From Candidatus Saccharimonadota bacterium (GTDB lineage: Bacteria > Patescibacteriota > Saccharimonadia > Saccharimonadales > Saccharimonadaceae), in the NCBI GenBank assembly GCA_017459705.1, contig JAFUCJ010000005.1, positions 7,436 to 71,435 of the forward strand: a stretch of DNA of 64,000 nucleotides, written 5' to 3'. Both the position numbers and the translations under genes were made by a program. Of the stretch, positions 41,381 through 51,395 are shown one piece after another. The notes beneath the pieces are model-generated. The model was given only the letters and a program-made list of their open reading frames with translations. It had not been told where the DNA came from and ran no database searches. Position 1 is the stretch's first letter, and every line of letters starts with the position of its first letter.

Positions 41381-43483
41381 ATGAAACACTCCATCGCTAA
41401 GATTATCTTCAAAAACACTTTCACTCTCTTCAATCTCGTCAACGTCATCCTTGCCGTCATGGTCCTTATCGTTGGTTCTCCGAAAAACGCCCTTTTTCTC
41501 GGCGTCGCTATCGCGAACACCCTGATTAGCATTATCAACGAAGTCCGTGCCAAGAAAATCGTCGATAAATTAAAACTCCTTTCCGAGAAACAACCCACCA
41601 TCTTGAAAAATGGCCAACCTACCGAAGTTCCCCTAGATGAGGTTTCAAAAGGCGACATTCTTATCCTCAAATTGGGCGACCAGATTCCTCTCGACGCCCG
41701 TCTGAAACAGGGAACTATCGAAGTAAACGAGTCATTCGTTACTGGCGAGCAAGACAACATCGAAAAACACCCAGGCGATCGCCTCATCTCCGGTTCATTC
41801 GTTGTTGCTGGCTCCGCCGAAGCTCTCGTCGAAAGCACTACCGCCGACAGCTTCATCAGCAAACTCCAATCCGAGGCTTCCGCCATCAAGACTGCCGACA
41901 GCAAGCTCTTTCGCCTCATGAACAATATCGTCAAGTATATCAGTTACGCTCTCATCCCGATTGGCGCCCTACTTTTGTGGAGCCGCTTCCGGACCGAGCC
42001 CGACGGCACTACCGCAGTCACCAGCACCGTAGCCGCTCTGATCAACATGATTCCAGAGGGACTCATTCTCCTCACCTCGTCCGTCCTAGCCCTCGCCACT
42101 GTTCGTCTTAGCCGCAAGAAAGTCCTCGTCCAGGACCTCTACGCCACCGAAACTCTCGCGCGCGTCGATTGCTTCTGTCTGGACAAAACCGGCACCCTTA
42201 CGACCGGCAAAATGACCGTCCACGACTACAAATCCCGCGATGAATCCTTCTACAAGGCCATCAAGTCAATTCTAAGCACCACCGAGGCCGACAACGCCAC
42301 CACTAGCGCCTTGAAAAAATCTCTTGCGCTAGACCCCAAATTTCAAGCCACAAGCGAATTTACTAAAATCACCGAAGTCATTCCGTTTTCCTCTGACCGC
42401 AAATATTCTGGCATCCGCGTTGGTGATACTAAATATCTCCTTGGCGCTATCGATTTTCTCACCAGCGATAAAAAAATCATCAATAAAATCAAATCCGAAT
42501 CCAGTGGCTACCGCACTCTGGTAGTCATGCGCGACGGAACTGATTTGCTTGGCGTCATTCACCTGACCGACGAAATACGCTCCACTGCCCACGACATCAT
42601 TAAGTACTTCTACGATAATAATATCGACATCAAAATCATCTCCGGCGACGATTTGGGCGCTGTCACCGAGATCGCTAATCGGGTCGGGGTCAAAGATTTA
42701 CATGGCGTCAATCTCTCTGAACTCAAATCCAAAAACTACACCAAATTAGTTAAAGATTACGGCATCTTTACTCGCGTCACGCCGTCTGAGAAAAAACAGC
42801 TCGTCGCTGCCCTCAGAAAAGAAGGTCGCACTGTTGCTATGACTGGCGATGGGGTTAACGATATTCTCGCCATGAAAGAAGCCGACGTGTCTATCGCTAT
42901 CGGTGAAGGTGCTGATGCTGCCCGCCGCGCCGCCAAGTTCGTTTTGCTGGACTCCGGCTACGAAGCTGTCCCTGCCATCATCGACGAGGGTCGCCAGTCC
43001 ATCAACAACCTTGAACGCTCCACGACGCTTTTCCTAGCCAAGACCGTCTATGCTTCTATCCTCGCCGTTCTTTTCGTAGTGCTACCCCTCAGCTACCCAT
43101 ACAGCCCAATCGAAATGTCGCTCCTCAACTTCCTCTGCATTGGCGCCCCCGGCGTTATCCTCGCCTTGGAGAAAAACACCGCTCGCCCCAAAGACAAATT
43201 CAAATACAACATTACTCACTATTCCATCCCCATAGGCATCACCGTCTCTATCGCCATGCTCGTTCTGTCCATCGTCGCACGTTTTGCAAATCTAGAACAT
43301 TCATACTTAATTACGCTCTCGTATTTTATTACTTTCGTCATCGACGTCGTTCTCGTATATCTCATCTCTCGCCCTCTCAACAAACTCCGCTTCGCCCTCC
43401 TCGCCGGCATTATCATTATTGCCCTCGCCGCCCTCTTTATCCCATTCTCGCGGACTTTCTTCGAGTTTGCCCTTCCGTTCTAA
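41381..43483 (+). CDS. Cation-transporting P-type ATPase (HAD-IC family)
   Basis: Phosphorylation motif CLDKTGTLT, TGDGVNDILAMKEADV, and TM bundles at both ends. TGTTATAAT lies 6 nt before the ATG. Confidence 0.9.
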   Translation: MKHSIAKIIFKNTFTLFNLVNVILAVMVLIVGSPKNALFLGVAIANTLISIINEVRAKKIVDKLKLLSEKQPTILKNGQPTEVPLDEVSKGDILILKLGDQIPLDARLKQGTIEVNESFVTGEQDNIEKHPGDRLISGSFVVAGSAEALVESTTADSFISKLQSEASAIKTADSKLFRLMNNIVKYISYALIPIGALLLWSRFRTEPDGTTAVTSTVAALINMIPEGLILLTSSVLALATVRLSRKKVLVQDLYATETLARVDCFCLDKTGTLTTGKMTVHDYKSRDESFYKAIKSILSTTEADNATTSALKKSLALDPKFQATSEFTKITEVIPFSSDRKYSGIRVGDTKYLLGAIDFLTSDKKIINKIKSESSGYRTLVVMRDGTDLLGVIHLTDEIRSTAHDIIKYFYDNNIDIKIISGDDLGAVTEIANRVGVKDLHGVNLSELKSKNYTKLVKDYGIFTRVTPSEKKQLVAALRKEGRTVAMTGDGVNDILAMKEADVSIAIGEGADAARRAAKFVLLDSGYEAVPAIIDEGRQSINNLERSTTLFLAKTVYASILAVLFVVLPLSYPYSPIEMSLLNFLCIGAPGVILALEKNTARPKDKFKYNITHYSIPIGITVSIAMLVLSIVARFANLEHSYLITLSYFITFVIDVVLVYLISRPLNKLRFALLAGIIIIALAALFIPFSRTFFEFALPF

Positions 43484-43558
43484 TACCAGCGCCGCGACGA
43501 CGATATACTTCATCAAAGCAAGCCGCCACAATTTTTCAGCCCTCCATTATGCTTATCA

Positions 43559-43588
43559 TTGACAAATAATCAATAAAAATGTTATAAT
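43559..43588 (+). promoter_or_regulatory. Consensus promoter TTGACA-18-TATAAT upstream of the AdSS-like gene
   Basis: TTGACA 43559-43564, TGTTATAAT with hexamer 43583-43588, ~75-nt leader. Confidence 0.6.
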
Positions 43589-43662
43589 TAAATTAAGTGC
43601 TCTATGATTCGCCACAAGAATCCTCGTGAGCATTGTATTTTACGTGTTAGGAGTGATGCGCT

Positions 43663-44733
43663 ATCAACAAGATTTATATTGTGACCGATCTCGGTCCTGG
43701 CAACAGTGGCAAGGGAAGCATCGTTCATGCCCTGAACCACCGCGTGAAACCCGACATCATCATGAAACGTGGCGGCGCCCAGGGTTCCCACACTGTTTAT
43801 TTGCGGGGCGGTAGAGTTTTTAACTTTACCCAATGGGGCTGCGGTACTTTTGAGGGGACTCACACCTACCTTACGCCCCAAATGGTCATCTCGCCCGTAG
43901 AACTTGCCAGCGAGGCTGCTGTCCTGAAAGATTATGGCGTTTTGGCACCATACGAGTTACTCACATGCGACGCTGGATGTCTGGTTGTCACCAGTTATCA
44001 CCGACTCGCTTCGGAGATCGAGGAGTATCTGCTCTGTGGCCGTCCATGCGGCGTTGCCGGTTCTGGCGTTGGTCGGGCCTATCGCATGCAGACCACCCAT
44101 CCCGAGCTCTGCATTTACGCCAAGGATCTTCGCTCGCGCGATCGAGTGAAACAACTTCTGACGGCGCAGGCCGACTATTACCGTGAGCGTTATCGTAATG
44201 TCGGTGCTGGGTCAGTACTTCCCGGCGATATTGGACTCTTGCGCAGTGCGCGCGATTTTCTCTACAGTGACAGATATCTCGACTCGCTCGTCGAACAATT
44301 TGTCAACGTCGGTGGCAAATTGCGTCTTTGCAGTCTCAAATCTGTACTCGCCAAGCACCAGACCGCCATCCTGGAATGTTCGTACGGCGTCTTGACCGAT
44401 TCCGTAACTGGCCTCAGCCCCTCTGATCTGGCTATTCGCACCCTGCCCATCATTTCAGTCCAGATGCTAGAAGAAACCGGCTTCACGGGCGATATTGCCC
44501 ATCTGGCGGTCCATCGTGCTAGCGAACTTAACCGCACCCGTATCAATCACGCCCTGAGTAGCTGCAGTGATATCGAGTGGCACGGCCTTTGCCTCACCCA
44601 TCTCGACCAGATCGGCAGCGTAGTCGGCGCCTACGAGCGTGCCAAATCCATCGCGGAACGATATTTCCATATGCCACTCGCAGTCGTCTCTTTCGGTCCC
44701 GCCCTTCGTGACAAGATTTTTACTCTGTTCTAA
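43663..44733 (+). CDS. Short, divergent adenylosuccinate synthetase (PurA) superfamily protein; start codon uncertain (ATC 43663 or GTG 43681)
   Basis: (I)NKIYIVTDLGPGNSGKGSIV...KRGGAQGSHTV...GVAGSGVGRAY parallels the PurA motifs GDEGKGK, GGxNAGHT and TTGRGIGPAY. SD AGGAG (43649-43653) lies 9 nt before the in-frame ATC. About 350-356 aa. Confidence 0.55.
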   Translation: MNKIYIVTDLGPGNSGKGSIVHALNHRVKPDIIMKRGGAQGSHTVYLRGGRVFNFTQWGCGTFEGTHTYLTPQMVISPVELASEAAVLKDYGVLAPYELLTCDAGCLVVTSYHRLASEIEEYLLCGRPCGVAGSGVGRAYRMQTTHPELCIYAKDLRSRDRVKQLLTAQADYYRERYRNVGAGSVLPGDIGLLRSARDFLYSDRYLDSLVEQFVNVGGKLRLCSLKSVLAKHQTAILECSYGVLTDSVTGLSPSDLAIRTLPIISVQMLEETGFTGDIAHLAVHRASELNRTRINHALSSCSDIEWHGLCLTHLDQIGSVVGAYERAKSIAERYFHMPLAVVSFGPALRDKIFTLF

Positions 44734-44764
44734 CAGCCATCTTCCTCCTAATTCTCGCACCTTT

Positions 44765-44789
44765 AAGCCCCCTGATGAAGGGGGCTTTT
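44765..44789 (+). terminator. Intrinsic terminator
   Basis: GCCCCC-TGATGAA-GGGGGC followed by TTTT. Confidence 0.75.
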
Positions 44790-44894
44790 CCATGCGCGGT
44801 GTTAGCTCGCTTGCGTCACCACTGTTTTCGTGCTATAATCATCAAAGGTAGGTCAAAGGGTGGTACACCTAAGTATTTTAGAGGAGGAATCAAT

Positions 44895-46001
44895 ATGCAT
44901 AATGCATGGGAAGCACCGAGAGGCTCGCGTGCTAGTCTCGACTACGGCATCCTGCCCGCCAAAATGATCAAGGCCTGGGCGACTGATCAAGCAAATCTTT
45001 CCGATTGTTATCAGACCGGCCGCGTTACCGCCGTCTCTGCCGACGAGATGGGGCGCGCCCGCAAAAGCGAAATGATGCACCGCGTCGAGGAAGCATTGAC
45101 GACTCGTAGCAGTTTCTCGTCGGACGAAATCAAATACCGTCTCGGCGAGGTCGAGGAGCACCTCGAAGACCCCGGCCTGCTCCGCAACTTCGAATATTTC
45201 GACGTGCCGAGCAGTGACTTCATGTTGCAGTTTTACTTCGCTGTCTGGGATCGCCGTATCGCCGAGGTTATGGGCTATTTGCACAACTACGGCAAAGATT
45301 TGCACGGCATTTCCCGCAAAGTCCCCCAGAATGACGTCTGGTACCAAATGTCTTTCTTCGAGGGGATGAATATCAACGAGCGTAAGAAATCCCGCGACAT
45401 TGTCGAATTTGTCCGTACGCACCACATCGAGCGCGCCACCTCTTTCGGTGGCGGCAACATTCCCGAACGGTTGCATGGTCTGCCGGTCAGTATGCCACTC
45501 ACGGTTTTCGACGACGGCCCGGTCAGTCCCCTGGAAGAGCTTTTCCCGGATCCCGCCTATCGGCATATGGTCAATTATATTCACGAACCGCTGAGTCAGG
45601 CACCGTTCCACAGGGAACTCCTGGGTAGTCAGCAATTAGTCTGGATGTACGGCGTGAGCATGTACTTGGACGAAGCTAATCAGCATCAGATGACCGGCGC
45701 AATTCTTTGTGGTGCCGCTCTGTTGAAACTTGGCGGCTACATGAAGTACGACTATTTGCTCTGGAATGAATCCATCCGTCGTGTCATCAAGACCCAGAAC
45801 TGGCCCTACGACCCGAATCATCCGATGGTGATTTTCGATTCTGTCGACGCCGCTATCAAGCAGGGGCGCGCCACCGTTGCCGCCGTCAATCAGCAGCTCA
45901 GTGGCAGATCCCACATGGAGATTCTTGATCCGCAAATCACCATTGTCGAGCCGTGGGGCTGCACCAGCGTCCGCTTCACTCTGCGTAAATATCTCGGCTA
46001 A
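44895..46001 (+). CDS. Hypothetical protein with a possibly class I methyltransferase-like fold
   Basis: Start set to MHNAWEAPRGS, with strong RBS AGAGGAGG 7 nt upstream. Weak MTase-like pattern (ATSFGGGNIPE, LTVFDDGP, LKLGGYMKYDY). Confidence 0.5.
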   Translation: MHNAWEAPRGSRASLDYGILPAKMIKAWATDQANLSDCYQTGRVTAVSADEMGRARKSEMMHRVEEALTTRSSFSSDEIKYRLGEVEEHLEDPGLLRNFEYFDVPSSDFMLQFYFAVWDRRIAEVMGYLHNYGKDLHGISRKVPQNDVWYQMSFFEGMNINERKKSRDIVEFVRTHHIERATSFGGGNIPERLHGLPVSMPLTVFDDGPVSPLEELFPDPAYRHMVNYIHEPLSQAPFHRELLGSQQLVWMYGVSMYLDEANQHQMTGAILCGAALLKLGGYMKYDYLLWNESIRRVIKTQNWPYDPNHPMVIFDSVDAAIKQGRATVAAVNQQLSGRSHMEILDPQITIVEPWGCTSVRFTLRKYLG

Positions 46002-46062
46002 ACCTCCACATTTTTACCCCGGACATCACGCCCGGGGTATTTCATGTCCACAATGCTTACGC

Positions 46063-47424
46063 TTACAACAAATGTTTCTTGATTCTATGGTCGCCTGGCT
46101 TAATTACCACCGGTACTATCTGCATGATTATCTCGATTGGCACCAAATCACGATTTTCCATGCTAATCCGACCGCTGGGCCGTCCGAGCAATACTTGTCC
46201 CACGATTCGCCCCTTACTGTCACGAAGCTCCGCTACTGCCGCGATTTCTAGCTTTTTTAGTGCTGCCGCGAGTTCGGCGTCGGGTTCTAGCCAAATCCCA
46301 CCACTGCTCTTTTTCAGCGACGATATTTTACGGACCACATCCTCCGAAATCCGCACCTTTTTTGAACCGTATACCTCATCTCCCATCACTATTCCCACAT
46401 ATTGAAAATGCAAATGATCCGACAAGAACGAAGCTAGTTCCGTCAGATTCACGTCATATCCTACCAGCCCTGTCATCTTTTTGACGATATACGACACATC
46501 TACTTCGTCCATCGACGATAGCGACCCAATGAACGTGCTTAGTTCATTGAGTGCAGGGAAGAGCAGCAGTACCGCCATTATCATTAGTATATTTAATACA
46601 ATGACCTGCACCGACGGCGACGGTACCTTAAATAATGCCGAGAAAATGATAAAGAATATCACGAGGTATGTCGTCGCAGCAAGCGACATTACGATTATAT
46701 GCGAAAACCCTTTTAGCCATGGACTAGACAAATCCAGCAATCTATACCGCAAGATTGCGTAGTAATGAAAAATCCACGCGATTGACATCGCTAGTATACC
46801 TACCCAGATTGTATCGTACTTGCCAAAATACGGTAGAATAAAATCAAACACTAACGCTAGCACCCCAGTAATAGTAAAGCCTATCAGTACCATGATGTTA
46901 GCCTTCTTTACGCGCGCCAATTTCGCCGAGTGGGCCGCCCACCATAGCCCCACCATGTATAGTCCTACCGCCACGAAATGATACACACCATATAATATAT
47001 AGAACGCATCTTGCTTGACATGGACGATATTACCAGTCGCCTCACTTAGATTATAACTACTATACAGCAGCTCCGGCTTCGATAGTACCAGTACCACAAA
47101 TACAGCACAGATTACTCCCAGTATCCCCATGCCAATCTTCCCGGGCAGGTATTTGTGACAGGTGTACGCCATCAGTCCCCAGCACATTATCGGCGCCGAA
47201 ACGTAAATAGTCGCAATAAAACCTTTCGCCACCTCCGGAGTCGTATCTACCGGTAGGGAAAGAAACACCCCAATACCTACCGCCCACGCGAGCGCCGCCA
47301 TAGTCGTAAAGAAAAACAAGAATGCCTGCACTCGGTCGCCTTTATGCGCCCCAGAAATCACCGCAATCCCCGACAACGCCGTCAATATCGCAACGATAAT
47401 TAAGAGTAATGTGATTAACTGCAC
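46063..47424 (-). CDS. Membrane protein with an N-terminal 7-8 TM bundle and a cytoplasmic C-terminal domain (sensor-like)
   Basis: GTG start with AAGGAGG RBS. 453 aa. TM-rich for the first ~290 aa. Confidence 0.55.
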   Translation of the reverse strand: MQLITLLLIIVAILTALSGIAVISGAHKGDRVQAFLFFFTTMAALAWAVGIGVFLSLPVDTTPEVAKGFIATIYVSAPIMCWGLMAYTCHKYLPGKIGMGILGVICAVFVVLVLSKPELLYSSYNLSEATGNIVHVKQDAFYILYGVYHFVAVGLYMVGLWWAAHSAKLARVKKANIMVLIGFTITGVLALVFDFILPYFGKYDTIWVGILAMSIAWIFHYYAILRYRLLDLSSPWLKGFSHIIVMSLAATTYLVIFFIIFSALFKVPSPSVQVIVLNILMIMAVLLLFPALNELSTFIGSLSSMDEVDVSYIVKKMTGLVGYDVNLTELASFLSDHLHFQYVGIVMGDEVYGSKKVRISEDVVRKISSLKKSSGGIWLEPDAELAAALKKLEIAAVAELRDSKGRIVGQVLLGRPSGRISMENRDLVPIEIIMQIVPVVIKPGDHRIKKHLL

Positions 47425-47489
47425 AGGTCACCTCCTTGATAATTATAGTATAGCATAGGTATTATCCGTTTTCAACTCCCATTTCATCC

Positions 47490-48449
47490 CTAGAAATTTG
47501 AAAAATACTGCGACCAGTGTGTCTTATATTTTGATGTCGGGTCAAAGTAGAACCCCACCGCCAATTTGGTGAAGTTTGGGTTCAAGATATTTTCACGGTG
47601 TTTCTCCGAGTTCATCCAGGCTGCCACTGTCGTCTCCGGTGATACAGCCGAATTTCCTACTACTAAATTTTCGCCCTCTACATATACTGCCGCTTCTGAC
47701 GGCTCTACGCATGCCGTACTCCACGATGAGCCATCCGGCCGCGTATGGGAATATAACGTCACCAATTCCTCCGCGCGTATCTCCGCCGCCTCAGTGCATG
47801 TATCGCCCCAGCTCAGTTTGTCCAGTCCATTTCGCACCCGCTCCTGATTTACTAGCGACAAGATTTCGTACTCCCACTTGATTTTTGGTATTTCCGCCAC
47901 GACCACCTCGATTGAATCACGTCGCGCCCCATCATAAGTACCCGCCGTAATCACCGTGCGTCCCGTTCCTACGATAACCGGAAACCTGCATGTGTCGTCC
48001 GAATATCCGAGCCACGTTCTTGCCCCCGAGAAAAACCCCGATATCACCTCTGTATTGCTCGTCTGCCAGTACATATCCCCCAGCCCCGACAGCTCTCCAC
48101 CTACGCAAATATCGAAATTCGCCGACTCGTATATCGTAATTGTGTCCTCCGCCCACAATTCGCCATCCGGTACTGGCGCCGAATCAACACCTGCCGCCGT
48201 CCGTACGGACGTTATGTAATCTTTCTGTGCCTCGGTTAGTGCTACTTCGTCGTTGCTTTCGGCGTCAATTAGCGTCGGCTCTTCGACCGCTCCGCCATTG
48301 TCGTCGCTCCGCTCGCCAACTACACGAAAATCCACCCCTCCATTCAGCATGATTGCTCCCGCTATCAGCACCCCCGCAATCAAAATCGCCGCCGCATTCA
48401 GCGATAGAAGCACCTTTATCTTCGTCTGTCTTAAACTCGCGGCCGCCAT
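47490..48449 (-). CDS. CAP/SCP (PR-1-like, YkwD-type) domain secreted protein
   Basis: N-terminal TM/signal segment. C-terminal CAP pattern LVNQERVRNGLDKLSW...HTRPDGS...AWMNSEKHRENILNPNFTKLAVG. Confidence 0.8.
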   Translation of the reverse strand: MAAASLRQTKIKVLLSLNAAAILIAGVLIAGAIMLNGGVDFRVVGERSDDNGGAVEEPTLIDAESNDEVALTEAQKDYITSVRTAAGVDSAPVPDGELWAEDTITIYESANFDICVGGELSGLGDMYWQTSNTEVISGFFSGARTWLGYSDDTCRFPVIVGTGRTVITAGTYDGARRDSIEVVVAEIPKIKWEYEILSLVNQERVRNGLDKLSWGDTCTEAAEIRAEELVTLYSHTRPDGSSWSTACVEPSEAAVYVEGENLVVGNSAVSPETTVAAWMNSEKHRENILNPNFTKLAVGFYFDPTSKYKTHWSQYFSNF

Positions 48450-48508
48450 CTAACTGCTATTTACCTCCAACAATACTACAATTATAGCACAAATACTATC
48501 CGCCGCAC

Positions 48509-48535
48509 AAAAATCCCCCGACCATGGGTCGGGGG
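48509..48535 (-). terminator. Intrinsic terminator for the 48543-49067 gene
   Basis: The minus strand reads CCCCCGACC-CAT-GGTCGGGGG followed by ATTTTT. Confidence 0.7.
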
Positions 48536-48542
48536 AGTGCGT

Positions 48543-49067
48543 TTATTCTACTTTCATCATCTCCTTAATGGAAGCATCGAGCTCCCGGACTTTCTCCTTG
48601 ACATCGTCCAGAGATCCCTCCTCGTTGGTGTATTTCAACACCTCAATCAACGTTTCCTTCGTCTGCTCCACGAGGCGATACCCCTCGATAGTCACTTTCG
48701 GCGCGTACGCCAACAAGAGCTCCTCGCCCCCCAGGACGTAATCACTGATTAACTGCTTCATGCCGTGCATGCAGAGCGCCCTCTCGGCATCTTGGAGCAG
48801 TTTTCTGATCTCGCCAAATTTAGTAATGTGACTTATCCGGAATAATTCCTCGACGCCCACCTGTGCCGTCCTCAATTCGTCAACCTGTCCCAGTAGTCCG
48901 ATTAACGTCACCTGCACGCTGAGCGAGCGATTTCTCGCCCGTAAGTTATCCAAATAGGTATACACACCCTCTGGCGTGTCCAGGTCGACTTCTTGCTCCG
49001 TTTTGCTGGGCACCGGCCGACTTTTCCTCTTGGTCGACACTCTGGCCAGTATCCTTTTCAGAATCAT
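48543..49067 (-). CDS. Hypothetical protein (helical, basic N-terminus)
   Basis: 174-aa ORF with RBS AAGGGGGA. No motif recognised. Confidence 0.5.
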   Translation of the reverse strand: MILKRILARVSTKRKSRPVPSKTEQEVDLDTPEGVYTYLDNLRARNRSLSVQVTLIGLLGQVDELRTAQVGVEELFRISHITKFGEIRKLLQDAERALCMHGMKQLISDYVLGGEELLLAYAPKVTIEGYRLVEQTKETLIEVLKYTNEEGSLDDVKEKVRELDASIKEMMKVE

Positions 49068-49201
49068 CTTTTATCCCCCTTTTAGAATAAACTTTCAAGG
49101 TACAATTTTTGGGTACAAAACCCACTCTTAGCTATATTCTAGCACATTTTAGTATAATAGTCAAGAATAAATGTTATGATAGTCTATGCTATAATGTAGT
49201 T

Positions 49202-49720
49202 ATGATATTTATATTCGGTCCGGCAGGTTCCGGCAAATCCACCCAAACCAAACTCCTAGCAGATGCTCTCGGTCGAGAGTGGCGCTCTGTTGGTGAACTC
49301 TGCCGTGAGCAGTTTGCAGATTACACTCGTGACGGCAGTATGGTGCCAGAAGCCGAACTCGCGGCGGCTATCAAGCAGGAAATTGATGCAGTTCGTGCCA
49401 CTGGTAAGGACCTCGTTTTTGACGGTCAACCATGGAGTAGCGCAGGCGCCGAAATCATGCTTCGCACCGGCATATTTGACAATGTCGAATCCATCGTTCT
49501 CCTCGATGTTCCACGGGACGAACTCCTTTCTCGTCTCGCCGTTCGTGGCCGCGCTGACGACCGCCCCGAAGTTTGGGAGAAAAAGATTGACATGTATGAC
49601 TCCCGCATAGCCGATTTTCTCGCGCCCCTCCGCGCCGCCGGCATCCCCATCATCTCCGTCTCCGGTCTCGGCACCCCCACCGAAGTCTCCGCCCGTCTCC
49701 TCGCTACATTGGGCTTATGA
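49202..49720 (+). CDS. Adenylate kinase family / nucleoside monophosphate kinase (short, lid-less)
   Basis: Start set to MIFIFGPAGSGKSTQTKLLA (P-loop). TGCTATAAT lies 6 nt before the ATG. Confidence 0.75.
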   Translation: MIFIFGPAGSGKSTQTKLLADALGREWRSVGELCREQFADYTRDGSMVPEAELAAAIKQEIDAVRATGKDLVFDGQPWSSAGAEIMLRTGIFDNVESIVLLDVPRDELLSRLAVRGRADDRPEVWEKKIDMYDSRIADFLAPLRAAGIPIISVSGLGTPTEVSARLLATLGL

Positions 49721-49730
49721 CGCGACGCAA

Positions 49731-49759
49731 AATCGCCCCCGACCTTGGTCGGGGGCTTT
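49731..49759. terminator. Bidirectional hairpin between convergent adk-like and tsaD
   Basis: GCCCCCGAC-CTTG-GTCGGGGGC flanked by AAAA and TTT. Confidence 0.7.
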
Positions 49760-49777
49760 CAACTATCTAACTACGAG

Positions 49778-50836
49778 CTACGAAATCGCCACCCGCGGAT
49801 AAATGTTGAGCGTATACGGATTTGTCGGTTTTACGCCCGACATTATCTCATAGTAACACGCCGCCGCTACCATCGCCCCATTGTCGCCCGACAGGGAGGG
49901 GGCAGGGAAATACGCTTCTGGCAAAGCCTCGCGTAGTGCCTTGTTCGCGCTCACTCCTCCGGCCACCACCACCGACTGTACGTCCGGATACTCACATAGT
50001 GCCGCGGAAACTTTTTCACACAAAATCTCCACTGCCGTTTTCTGAAAAGATGCTGCAAAGTCCGCCACCTGTTGCGGTGTGAGAAGTTCCGCCAACTTAT
50101 GCGACGGATACGAAATCGGCACCCCCACCTCTTTTTGTACTGCGCGTAGCACCGCCGTTTTGAGTCCCGAAAACGAAAAGTCGAGCCCCGCCACTTTCGG
50201 GTGCGGTAAGCGATATTTGCGTGGGTCGCCAGGAAATTCGCCACCCGCCGCCTTCGCAATCGCCGGCCCTCCCGGATATGGCAACCCCAGAATCTTCGCT
50301 ACCTTATCAAAACACTCTCCCACCGCATCATCATGCGTTGTCCCAACAATCTGAAAACTATTATGCCCCGGCATATATAATATCTGCGTATGTCCACCGC
50401 TCACTACGAGCGCCAGCAAAGGGAACTGCGGCGTGTGGCAATCGGAAACACTATTTTGACTGCCATCATGGCAGAGCCAATTCGCGTACACATGTGATTT
50501 CAAATGGTGCACTGCGTATAGCGGTTTATCATGCAAAATCGCCAAAGTCCGCGCAGTCAAAGTTCCAATTAGTAGTGATCCCAGTAGTCCCGGCGCATGC
50601 GTCACCGCGATTGCATCAATTTCCGCCCACCCCACACCAGCATCAGCGAGCGCTTTGTCAATTACGGGAAGTACTACTTCGAGATGGCTCCTTGCCGCCA
50701 CCTCAGGAATCACGCCCCCATACTCGGCAAAAATATCAATCTGGGAAACTACCACGTTTGATAAAATCTCCTGACCATCTCGCACTACCGCGGCGGCAGT
50801 CTCATCGCAGCTTGTCTCAATCCCGAGTATTAACAT
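49778..50836 (-). CDS. tsaD: tRNA N6-adenosine threonylcarbamoyltransferase
   Basis: MLILGIETSCDETAAAVV..., VSGGHTQ, GGVSAN. 352 aa. TGTGATATAAT lies 6 nt before the ATG. Confidence 0.95.
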   Translation of the reverse strand: MLILGIETSCDETAAAVVRDGQEILSNVVVSQIDIFAEYGGVIPEVAARSHLEVVLPVIDKALADAGVGWAEIDAIAVTHAPGLLGSLLIGTLTARTLAILHDKPLYAVHHLKSHVYANWLCHDGSQNSVSDCHTPQFPLLALVVSGGHTQILYMPGHNSFQIVGTTHDDAVGECFDKVAKILGLPYPGGPAIAKAAGGEFPGDPRKYRLPHPKVAGLDFSFSGLKTAVLRAVQKEVGVPISYPSHKLAELLTPQQVADFAASFQKTAVEILCEKVSAALCEYPDVQSVVVAGGVSANKALREALPEAYFPAPSLSGDNGAMVAAACYYEIMSGVKPTNPYTLNIYPRVAIS

Positions 50837-50921
50837 ATCTATATTATATCACACCACGCATATTTTTCACAGCCAACCACGACTGCCCACACAGATTTGC
50901 CGCATCTTCGCCAGGCGATTT

Positions 50922-51356
50922 CTACTCGTGGTGATACGCTGATCCCTTTACAATCTCCGATGCTCTATATATCTGCTCCGCAACAATCAACCTCGCAATC
51001 ATATGTGGGAACACTAGTCTCGAAAACCCCCATACGAAATCCGCCTTTTCTCGTACTTCCGCATCAAAACCATACGCGCCGCCAATCAAGATTACCACCT
51101 CACGACCACCCACTAGCGCACCGGACAGCATTTCGGAATATTCACCCGATGATATATTTTTGCCGCGCTCATCACAACAAATTACAAAGTGTCGCCCTTT
51201 CTCAAATGGCCATTCAGCGAGCCGTCGTGACAACTTTTCCTCATCAACAAACTCCCATGTTATATTCCACGGCTTCCTCAGCCGTTTTTCGTACTCGGCA
51301 CAGGCTTCCTTGCACCACGCTGCATGTTTCTTGCCGCCAGCTATTATTCGTATCAT
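50922..51356 (-). CDS. rlmH: 23S rRNA (pseudouridine1915-N3)-methyltransferase RlmH (SPOUT)
   Basis: 144 aa, IIAGGKK...ILIGGAYGF...SRLVFPHMIARLIVAEQIYRA pattern. Confidence 0.9.
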   Translation of the reverse strand: MIRIIAGGKKHAAWCKEACAEYEKRLRKPWNITWEFVDEEKLSRRLAEWPFEKGRHFVICCDERGKNISSGEYSEMLSGALVGGREVVILIGGAYGFDAEVREKADFVWGFSRLVFPHMIARLIVAEQIYRASEIVKGSAYHHE

Positions 51357-51395
51357 GATATATTTATTATATCATATTGACGCCCCTTTCGCACC

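Noticed and set aside
41368-41934. 188-aa minus-strand ORF
   Set aside because: It is entirely antisense to the well-supported P-type ATPase gene, so it is a shadow ORF.
43626-43814. 62-aa ORF starting upstream of the AdSS-like gene (contains the ATG at 43656)
   Set aside because: Its product is Arg/Trp/His-rich nonsense, and its ATG is only 2 nt from the SD. The PurA-like motifs are all in the other frame.
44853-45635. 260-aa minus-strand ORF
   Set aside because: It is antisense to the 44895-46001 gene, which has a strong RBS and a plausible globular sequence. The minus-strand ORF has no start signals.
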